Below are positions 1 to 6,662 of a stretch of 64,000 nt of DNA, one piece after another. Source of the DNA: an uncultured Candidatus Peribacteria bacterium. Lineage in GTDB: Bacteria > Patescibacteriota > Gracilibacteria > Peribacterales > Peribacteraceae. Where the stretch lies: assembly GCA_964433325.1 (NCBI GenBank), contig CAYSPY010000001.1, positions 228,961 to 292,960 on the forward strand, in the 5' to 3' direction. The notes under the pieces are model-generated. The model ran no database searches. It saw only the letters and a program-made list of their open reading frames with translations, and was not told the origin of the DNA. The position numbers were made by a program, and so were the translations under genes. Every line of letters starts with the position of its first letter. Within the stretch, counting starts at the first letter, position 1.

Positions 1-1308
1 CGAAAATCCAAAGCGACTATCCTACTTTGTGAGAAAGTCGATCGAATCACACGGAACTTCAAAGATGCAGTCATACTTAATGATTGGCTCGAAGAAGACG
101 CAGAAAGACAGATTCATTTCGTAAAGCAAAGTCTCGTAATTCATAAGGAATCAAAGTCGAATGAGAAATTCCAATGGGATATTCATTTGGTCCTTGCTCG
201 CCAGTACAGCAATAACCTTTCTGAGGAAGCCTCCAAAGGGCTTCTCCAGAAGGCAGAAGAAGGCTGGTGTCCTGCCAGTCAGAAACGTGGTTACATCACC
301 GTAGGAGTTACCGGTAAGAAAGTATGGCAAATCGACGACTCAGAGACCTCTGAAGCCCCTTACATCCGTCGAGCATTCCAGCTCTACGAAACGGGTGAAC
401 ATACGCTCCTAAGCGCCAGCAAACAGCTCTACGACGAAGGCTGGAAGGCGCAAGACGGAAACAGACTCGGCAAGACAACGCTTCACGGTATTCTGACCGA
501 CTGTTTCTACTGCGGTGAGTTCCAATGGAAGGACAAACACTACACAAACGCCAAACATGAAGCTCTTGTATCGAAAGAATTGTTTTACAGCGTACAAGAC
601 AAACTCAATCGTAAGATCACAGGGAAATACCGCAAAAACAATTTTCTGTTTAAAGGCATCTGTCAGTGCGGAGAATGCGGCCGTTCGGTCGTCGGTCAAA
701 AGCAAAAGGGTCACTCGTACTATGCCTGTACGCGCTTTGAGACGAACTGCAGCCAGCATAAATACATGCGAGAGGAAAAACTTGATGAGAAAGTATTACT
801 GCTTCTGAAAGGCTTACAGTGTACGGATACGCGAATGCTGGAGTGGGTACGGAAGGCATTGAAAGATAATCACGCACATGAGATCGAAGGACGAGAAAAA
901 GAAGTAGTGTTGCTGCGTCAACAGTCAGACAAGCAACAGAAAAGAATCGACACACTCTACGATGACAAGGTGGACAAGAAGATCACAGAAGAATTTTATA
1001 AGCGTAAATATCCCGAATACGATGCGGAGCTACAGAGGATCAAACGAAGCATCAACCGCTTGGACGAAGCGAACAAGAAATATATGAATCTCGGCTCTGC
1101 TATTTTCGAACTGGCTCAGGCAAGCGCAAAAATCTACGAATCATGCCCTACGGACGTTGAAAAGCGTGAACTGCTCAATGATGTGTTTTCGAACCTCAAA
1201 GTAAGAGACGGAAACGTACTCCCAGATTATAAAAATGGCATCGACCTTGTTGCTGCAAGAGCGAAAACAGGTGATTGGCTGGGAGGAGGGATTCGAACCC
1301 CCGAATGA
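1..1308 (+). CDS. Large serine recombinase, 5' end outside window
   Basis: Frame 1 is open from base 1 (RKSKATILLCEKVDRITRNFKDAVILNDW... precedes the listed TTG at 187), so the gene starts left of the window. Recombinase-domain sequence is followed by a Cys-rich zinc ribbon (CQCGECGRS...YYACTRFETNCSQH) and a coiled-coil tail. Stop TGA 1306-1308 lies inside the antisense tRNA-Gln. Confidence 0.85.
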   Translation, partial: RKSKATILLCEKVDRITRNFKDAVILNDWLEEDAERQIHFVKQSLVIHKESKSNEKFQWDIHLVLARQYSNNLSEEASKGLLQKAEEGWCPASQKRGYITVGVTGKKVWQIDDSETSEAPYIRRAFQLYETGEHTLLSASKQLYDEGWKAQDGNRLGKTTLHGILTDCFYCGEFQWKDKHYTNAKHEALVSKELFYSVQDKLNRKITGKYRKNNFLFKGICQCGECGRSVVGQKQKGHSYYACTRFETNCSQHKYMREEKLDEKVLLLLKGLQCTDTRMLEWVRKALKDNHAHEIEGREKEVVLLRQQSDKQQKRIDTLYDDKVDKKITEEFYKRKYPEYDAELQRIKRSINRLDEANKKYMNLGSAIFELAQASAKIYESCPTDVEKRELLNDVFSNLKVRDGNVLPDYKNGIDLVAARAKTGDWLGGGIRTPE

Positions 1309-1349
1309 CCGCTCCAGAGGCGGTTGCCTTACCACTTGGCGACTCCCCA
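1276..1349 (-). tRNA. tRNA-Gln (anticodon CUG)
   Basis: Reverse strand reads TGGGGAG-TC-GCC-AAGTGGTAA-GGC-A-ACCGC-CTCTGGA-GCGGT-CATTC-GGGGG-TTCGAAT-CCCTC-CTCCCA-G-CCA. The cloverleaf layout matches bacterial tRNA-Gln (3-bp D stem). The 3' acceptor strand is one C short of perfect pairing. Confidence 0.7.
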
Positions 1350-1440
1350 ACAGCCGGGGCATCCTAGCATATATACGGCTTTGTTCCACCCATTTTACGG
1401 GTACAAAGTAGTAAAGAAACACGCTATACTGCCTATAGCT

Positions 1441-1517
1441 GCCTCCGTAGCTCAGCTGGATAGAGTACCTGGCTTCGAACCAGGGGGTCGTAGGTTCGAA
1501 TCCTGCCGGAGGCACCA
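1441..1517 (+). tRNA. tRNA-Arg (anticodon UCG)
   Basis: GCCTCCG-TA-GCTC-AGCTGGATA-GAGT-A-CCTGG-CTTCGAA-CCAGG-GGGTC-GTAGG-TTCGAAT-CCTGC-CGGAGGC-A-CCA. This is a canonical 77-nt cloverleaf with CCA encoded. Confidence 0.9.
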
Positions 1518-1530
1518 TTCATTATTCTTT

Positions 1531-1635
1531 TCCTCTGTAGCTCAGCTGCTCTGTTTCGCTTGTCGAAACAGATAGAAAAGATTCGTACCTGGCCCGCGTC
1601 AGCGGCTCGTAGGTTCAAATCCTGCCGGAGCACCA
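1531..1635 (+). pseudogene. Degenerate tRNA-Arg-like copy with inserts (pseudo-tRNA or tRNA-like element)
   Basis: Shares TCCTCTGTAGCTCAGCTG, GATAGA, GTACCTGGC and CTCGTAGGTTCAAATCCTGCCGGAG-CACCA with the adjacent tRNA-Arg. It differs by a 22-nt insert carrying the hairpin CTGTTTCG-CTTGT-CGAAACAG in the D loop, an 8-nt insert (AAAGATTC), an anticodon arm that does not pair, and a 1-nt deletion in the 3' acceptor strand. Confidence 0.5.
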
Positions 1636-1639
1636 TCTA

Positions 1640-2536
1640 TTAATTCGTATACAGCTTCCTGTTGTAATCTTCGGGGGCAAGTTTCAGCATATCTTTGCCC
1701 GTCCTGCTTACACCTTCTTTTCGTCTAAAAATTGTTACGCCACAGTTAGCTGGTTTGTGCTTTTCATCCCACTCCATAAACTTTGCACGATTCCAATGCA
1801 GTACCTCTGCAAGTGTCGAAAGAATGGTTAAATGGTGCGTTACTGCGAGCACATTTTCACCTCTATGCTTTCTAAATGTACGACCAAGGAAACGGCTAGA
1901 ACGGTCGCGAACATCATACTTACTTTCACCTCCTCTAAACCTATACGCATATTCGCCCTGCTTAACTGCGTGGATCATTTCCATTGGATCAAACACATAA
2001 CTCAAGCGCCAGTCATTGAAGACTGTATTCATCCCATGCTCTTGTTCACGAATAGATTCATTTTCCCATTGGGGAATATCTTTCCAATCAGAAGGTGCTC
2101 CTTCAAGAATTGCATCGAGTGTTTGATGTGGACGAAGATACGGTGACACATAAATGACATCTGGCTTTGGTATCACATCTGCAATATTCCTGCCCGTTTC
2201 CAATGCTTGTTCACGACCTAGGTCAGTAATAGGCGTATCAAAATCACTTACACCTTTCATCAATGCTCGAATTTCCCGGTAGTACGCCATGGCCAACGCA
2301 TGTAGTTCGGGGCTTGGCCATAGCCCTTCTAAAACCTGAAGATCTAAATCATCCTTAGGAATTCTTGCCTTGGCATCCGCGTAAAAATCCGCCTTAAAAC
2401 ATTTATGAAACTCTTGAAAAGATTCCCACTGAGTAGCAATTACTTTTAACCTGTTGTACTCAGACTCCGCATGGCGAATAAGCGAGAGAGTTTCGGGGTA
2501 ACGAATTACTGGCTCTGCTGGTGATGATTCAGTCAT
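1640..2536 (-). CDS. Histidine phosphatase (phosphoglycerate-mutase-like) family protein
   Basis: ATG start. RHAESEYN (RHG-type motif) near the N-terminus and a downstream VTHHLTI histidine motif. 298-aa ORF. Confidence 0.75.
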   Translation of the reverse strand: MTESSPAEPVIRYPETLSLIRHAESEYNRLKVIATQWESFQEFHKCFKADFYADAKARIPKDDLDLQVLEGLWPSPELHALAMAYYREIRALMKGVSDFDTPITDLGREQALETGRNIADVIPKPDVIYVSPYLRPHQTLDAILEGAPSDWKDIPQWENESIREQEHGMNTVFNDWRLSYVFDPMEMIHAVKQGEYAYRFRGGESKYDVRDRSSRFLGRTFRKHRGENVLAVTHHLTILSTLAEVLHWNRAKFMEWDEKHKPANCGVTIFRRKEGVSRTGKDMLKLAPEDYNRKLYTN

Positions 2537-2598
2537 ATATATAAATTAAACCTAATTTTTAGCTTGTCAATTTATGAACTAAAACATACCAAAATAGC

Positions 2599-2604
2599 TA
2601 TAAT
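2599..2604 (+). promoter_or_regulatory. -10 box TATAAT, 6 nt upstream of ATG 2611 (leaderless geometry)
   Basis: gcTATAATcgctccATG read directly; no Shine-Dalgarno sequence fits in the 6-nt gap. Confidence 0.45.
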
Positions 2605-2610
2605 CGCTCC

Positions 2611-3357
2611 ATGCTCACCCAATTCATCCGCTCCGTTGAATTGATCCGGGATACTATCCCCGACCAAACCGAATACCCATTCAATTTAGCAGCGGTGAAA
2701 TATTTGGAAACACTCACCTTTCACCCGAAGGTAACATTTTTGGTTGGGGAGAACGGCAGTGGCAAATCGACATTGATGGAGGCGATTGCCCTTCGCTACG
2801 GACTCAATGCCGAGGGTGGCTCTCGCAATTTCAATTTCGCAACACAGGAATCACATTCCCCTCTCCATAATCATATTCGCCTAGCCAAGGGAATAAAGCG
2901 CGCAGAAGATGCCTATTTTTTGCGTGCCGAGAGTTATTACAATGTCGCGACAAATATTGATGAACTAGATCGAGAACCAAGCTTCGGGCCACCACTGAAA
3001 GATTCCTATGGCGGCAAATCACTCCACGAGCAATCACATGGGGAATCGTTCTTCGCCCTCTTTCATCACCGGTTCCGCGGCAAGGGTATGTACCTGCTCG
3101 ATGAGCCAGAGGCGGCACTCTCCCCCAAGCGCCAGATGGAGTTACTCCAACGACTCCACGAGCTTATTGAACAGCAGTGCCAGTTCATTATCGCAACGCA
3201 CTCCCCCATTCTGCTGTCTTACCCGCATGCTACGATTTACTCCCTCACAAAAGACGGATACCAGGAACTCCCCTACTACGAGACGGAGCACTACAAACTC
3301 TATAAAGAATTTCTAGACCGCACCGAACAATCACTTGGAAATCTCGGCATTGCCTAA
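2611..3357 (+). CDS. Small AAA/ABC-like ATPase (predicted ATPase, COG3910-like)
   Basis: Walker A GENGSGKST, Walker B LLDEPEAALS, and an ATHSPILL H-loop region. 248 aa with no transmembrane or transporter partner. Confidence 0.75.
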   Translation: MLTQFIRSVELIRDTIPDQTEYPFNLAAVKYLETLTFHPKVTFLVGENGSGKSTLMEAIALRYGLNAEGGSRNFNFATQESHSPLHNHIRLAKGIKRAEDAYFLRAESYYNVATNIDELDREPSFGPPLKDSYGGKSLHEQSHGESFFALFHHRFRGKGMYLLDEPEAALSPKRQMELLQRLHELIEQQCQFIIATHSPILLSYPHATIYSLTKDGYQELPYYETEHYKLYKEFLDRTEQSLGNLGIA

Positions 3358-3377
3358 CGTGCTGATATACTGGGGTC

Positions 3378-4394
3378 ATGCGTCACCCCCTCCCTACGAT
3401 CATCCTTTGTCTTCTGCTTAGCGCCTGTGCAACAAGCACGGCAGAGCCTACGGTTATGATCCCGTATGGGGACGACGCTTTGGTTGCAGAAACGACCGAA
3501 TCAGAATTACCGATCGTCTTGGAGCAGTGGCCACAGTCGGTCACTGATTTTTCGACAATGACGCTCTCGGGTTCTGACCTGCGAATCGGGAAAGTTCTTG
3601 AAGCTAACACTGCCTACACCAAGTACTTCATTACTTACCGCAGTAACGGACTCAAGATCAGCGGTACGCTTGCGATCCCTAAAGGTGATGGGCCTTTCCC
3701 ATTGATTATCCAAAATCACGGCTACATCGACCCCGATATCTACACCAATGGGCGAGGTCTTCGGCGCGAGCAAGATGCGATGGCCCGTGCAAACTTCGCA
3801 GTGCTCCACACCGACTACCGTGGCCACGCACAGAGTGACGATAACCCTAATGCCGAAGGCCCATACGAAAACGGTCTGGGCTACGCACTTGATAGTGCCA
3901 ATGCAATCTTGGCAGCTAAGGCTCTACATGACCCACGGATCGACGCAGAGCGTGTCGGAATGCTTGGGCACTCCATGGGAGGTGGCGTCACTTTGCAGAT
4001 CCTAGTGGCACACCCAGAGCTCTTAGATGCTGCTGTGCTCTATGCACCAGTGAACACCGATGCATGGGAAAACTTCAGCCGCTGGAATGATGACCAAGAG
4101 TACGCACCAATCACCTTCGCTACCTTTGGCGGAACAAAGGAAGAGGCCCCCGAAGCATGGGCAGCAATTTCCCCTCATGGTTCCCTCAGCAAGATTGAGG
4201 ATCCAATCCTGTTGTTCCAAGGGCTCAAAGATAAAGATGTGCCCGTGGAATGGAGTAACCAACTAAACTTAGACCTAGAAGCTGCAGATAAAGATATTCG
4301 CTACATCACCTACCCCAAAGAAGGGCATGAGTTCGCGGAGACCTGGAAGCACTTTATCGATACAACGATCACGTTCTTCAACGATCATTTGTAA
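3378..4394 (+). CDS. Alpha/beta hydrolase lipoprotein (S9 peptidase / dienelactone hydrolase-like)
   Basis: Lipobox LLLSAC in the signal peptide. Nucleophile elbow GHSMGG and a C-terminal D...H region (KDKDVP...EGHEF). Confidence 0.75.
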   Translation: MRHPLPTIILCLLLSACATSTAEPTVMIPYGDDALVAETTESELPIVLEQWPQSVTDFSTMTLSGSDLRIGKVLEANTAYTKYFITYRSNGLKISGTLAIPKGDGPFPLIIQNHGYIDPDIYTNGRGLRREQDAMARANFAVLHTDYRGHAQSDDNPNAEGPYENGLGYALDSANAILAAKALHDPRIDAERVGMLGHSMGGGVTLQILVAHPELLDAAVLYAPVNTDAWENFSRWNDDQEYAPITFATFGGTKEEAPEAWAAISPHGSLSKIEDPILLFQGLKDKDVPVEWSNQLNLDLEAADKDIRYITYPKEGHEFAETWKHFIDTTITFFNDHL

Positions 4395-4440
4395 GAAAAA
4401 ATTTATTTCCACTATATAAAACAATACCCCCGTAAGGAGG

Positions 4441-4460
4441 TATTGAATCGCGATTCAATA
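4441..4460. repeat. Perfect 20-bp palindrome TATTGAATCG|CGATTCAATA
   Basis: Read directly. It lies between the convergent hydrolase gene and the Lys-rich micro-ORF, and is preceded by an imperfect GTAA-loop hairpin at 4422-4443. Confidence 0.6.
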
Positions 4461-4471
4461 ACGAGACGCGA

Positions 4472-4591
4472 TTATTTCTTTTTCTTCTTCACTGTCTTCT
4501 TCTTCGTGGCTGTCTTCTTCTTGGCAGCCTTCTTTACAGTCTTCTTAGCAGCCTTCTTCTTTGGAGCTGCCTTCTTCTTTTTTACTGGCAT
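4472..4591 (-). CDS. Lysine/alanine-rich 39-aa basic protein (histone H1-like tail composition)
   Basis: Translated by hand: ATG...TAA gives MPVKKKKAAPKKKAAKKTVKKAAKKKTATKKKTVKKKKK. Strong AAG/GCN codon periodicity. Below the ORF-track size cut-off. No obvious SD. Confidence 0.45.
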   Translation of the reverse strand: MPVKKKKAAPKKKAAKKTVKKAAKKKTATKKKTVKKKKK

Positions 4592-4730
4592 GTGACTGAT
4601 GGGAAAGGAAATAAGATTGGTTCCAATTGTAGATCAGTGCTGCGTCTTGTGAAGTGAATGGTGCAGCGTAAAAGTAAAATTGTGATATGGTTGTTTATTT
4701 TTTGTGTTCGCAAAATTTTTTCAAACTGAA

Positions 4731-4753
4731 AACGCGGAGACATGCTCCGCGTT
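4731..4753 (-). terminator. Rho-independent terminator of the SLH-protein gene
   Basis: Stem AACGCGGAG/CTCCGCGTT (9 bp, loop ACATG), followed on the minus strand by TTTTCAGTTTG. Confidence 0.6.
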
Positions 4754-4778
4754 ACGCGTCGATGATAAATAATTTTAT

Positions 4779-4845
4779 GTCATGGTGAGCCCGACGAACC
4801 ATGACAGTCGTGTCACCCCTTCGTCGAGCTCAGGGTGACACGACT
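4779..4845. repeat. Two-hairpin intergenic palindromic repeat, copy 1
   Basis: GTCATGG-TGAGCCCGACGAA-CCATGAC followed by (AGTCGTG)TCACCC-CTTCGTCGAGCTC-AGGGTGA(CACGACT). Same unit as 14356, 33217, 45417 and 61074. Confidence 0.8.
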
Positions 4846-4857
4846 TATATTTCAAGA

Positions 4858-6201
4858 TCATTCGTAGCGAATCGAGAACGAAACTTTTCCTTGGCGCTGA
4901 TCACGACGTACAACACCGACAACATATGTCCCCTTGGGTAGTTCGTACTCTGCGTTACACACCGGTCCGCTGAATCCAAACAGATCCACATCTGCCATCG
5001 GGTAGATCAAGCATGTCGTGTTATCTGCCTCGCTTACAATCACTGTGAGCTTCTCTGTTTTCGTAAGAGTGAAGGTATAAAATTCGCCATAATCCTCGCT
5101 TTCCAAATAGCCAGTTTTTGGCGACTTCTTCAGCAATTTCGCTGCTTGGTTGAATCCGTCATTACCATCACCCGTCACAGACTTTGTGGATACTTTGTAG
5201 TTACCATCTTTCGTACCTGGCACAACTTCTAACTGGTAGTTAGCAGGTGCAAGGGACACGCGCATCCAGCAGTGGTTGTCGACCACTTGCCCCACGTAGT
5301 ACTCCAATGCGAAGGATGTTTCGGCATCGAGTTTATACAGCCGACACATTGCAGACTCGTTTGCCGACACATCAATTTTAATCTCTGCGACCGTGGCTGC
5401 CTTCTGTGTGAACTTGTAGACCTTGGAGGTTTTTCCCTTAAACATTCCGTCATCACTAAATGGGAAGTCGACATCTAAGAGTACGGGTGCGGACTCCGTC
5501 GACTTGGATGACGATGTCGTGCGTGCGGATGACGATGATGACGATCTCTCTGTCTCTACACTGCTACTACTGCTGCTTACGTATCCGCGCAACGTCAGTC
5601 CGAGTCCGTTAAAAATATATGCCGCAGCTTCGGCTCGACTGAGTGCAGCCTCTGGCATAAAGAGCGTGCCTGTCTGTCCGGAGACAGGGAGCACTTTGTG
5701 TGCAAACGCACTAGCCATGTACGGCGTGTACCACGCTGTTAGTGACACATCGCTATACGTCTTAAGTGGCGTTGTTGATGCGGAGGCATCTACTGCCAAC
5801 CCCAGCACTGTATGAATCATCTTGAGTGACTCCACACGGTTGACTGCATTGCCTGGGCGGAAGTATCCGTCGGGGTAGCCACCTACGTATCCGTTCTTTG
5901 CGCTGTCACACACCACAGCCGAAAACCAGGCATCTGTATTCACATCCTTAAAGCATGACTTTGTTGGTGTGGCCGGCGTCTTCCCCGCTGCTCTATAAAG
6001 AAGAGTGAGAAGTTCGGCACGGTTAATGGTCCCACCAGGGTTGAATGTCCCATCAGGATTTCCCTTCACAATACCCATGTCAGCAAGCGTTTCGATCTGC
6101 TCGCGGTAAATATGCGTAGTAGAAACATCGGGGAACGATACGGCAAGCGCAACAGAAGGAAGTGCGATTGCAGCGAGGACAGCGATTGAGCGTCGAAACA
6201 T
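4858..6201 (-). CDS. Secreted SLH-domain surface protein
   Basis: Start moved to ATG 6201 (MFRRSIAVLAAIALPSVALA signal peptide). Tandem SLH-like repeats (FPDV...GIVKGNPDGTFNP...RAELLTLL). Ser-rich linker and a beta-rich C-terminal domain. Confidence 0.75.
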   Translation of the reverse strand: MFRRSIAVLAAIALPSVALAVSFPDVSTTHIYREQIETLADMGIVKGNPDGTFNPGGTINRAELLTLLYRAAGKTPATPTKSCFKDVNTDAWFSAVVCDSAKNGYVGGYPDGYFRPGNAVNRVESLKMIHTVLGLAVDASASTTPLKTYSDVSLTAWYTPYMASAFAHKVLPVSGQTGTLFMPEAALSRAEAAAYIFNGLGLTLRGYVSSSSSSVETERSSSSSSARTTSSSKSTESAPVLLDVDFPFSDDGMFKGKTSKVYKFTQKAATVAEIKIDVSANESAMCRLYKLDAETSFALEYYVGQVVDNHCWMRVSLAPANYQLEVVPGTKDGNYKVSTKSVTGDGNDGFNQAAKLLKKSPKTGYLESEDYGEFYTFTLTKTEKLTVIVSEADNTTCLIYPMADVDLFGFSGPVCNAEYELPKGTYVVGVVRRDQRQGKVSFSIRYE

Positions 6202-6304
6202 GATGAATGGGGTGGAAAGAACGTGCAGCATGCTACAGTTGAACACATTGGTTGTTCAATATGCTTCCTTCTATATAAGGTTGAAGCAGTGGGCGAATAA
6301 TGTC

Positions 6305-6622
6305 ATGGTGAGTGCCGTGCAAGAATTCACTCCCCCACCAGAAGTACAACTCGAAGCATCTCGTGGCTTAGATTTGCGAAAAATCTTTAAACGCGGCGGG
6401 ACAGAAGTAGGCTTAGCAATGGCAGAGCACTTAGCTGCAGGTAAGCCGGTGTCTGCTCAAACAATTGGGAGGATGTATAGCTACTTCGCTCGTCACGAAG
6501 TTGATAAGCGTGGCAAGAATTTCTTTAACCCCGAAAAACCCAGTAACGGGTTTATTGCATGGTTACTCTGGGGTGGGGATAAGGGGCAGGAGTGGGTGAA
6601 GAAAATACGAAAGGAAGCTTGA
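6305..6622 (+). CDS. Hypothetical small protein
   Basis: Internal ATG 6305 chosen so as not to overlap the divergent SLH gene. Conserved-looking C-terminus (MYSYFARHEVDK...NGFIAWLLWGGDKGQEW). From memory this resembles a domain seen in prophage regions; unverified. Confidence 0.5.
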   Translation: MVSAVQEFTPPPEVQLEASRGLDLRKIFKRGGTEVGLAMAEHLAAGKPVSAQTIGRMYSYFARHEVDKRGKNFFNPEKPSNGFIAWLLWGGDKGQEWVKKIRKEA

Positions 6623-6662
6623 AGTCGTTCCATTTTCTCCAGTGTTGTTAAATCTGATGTTG

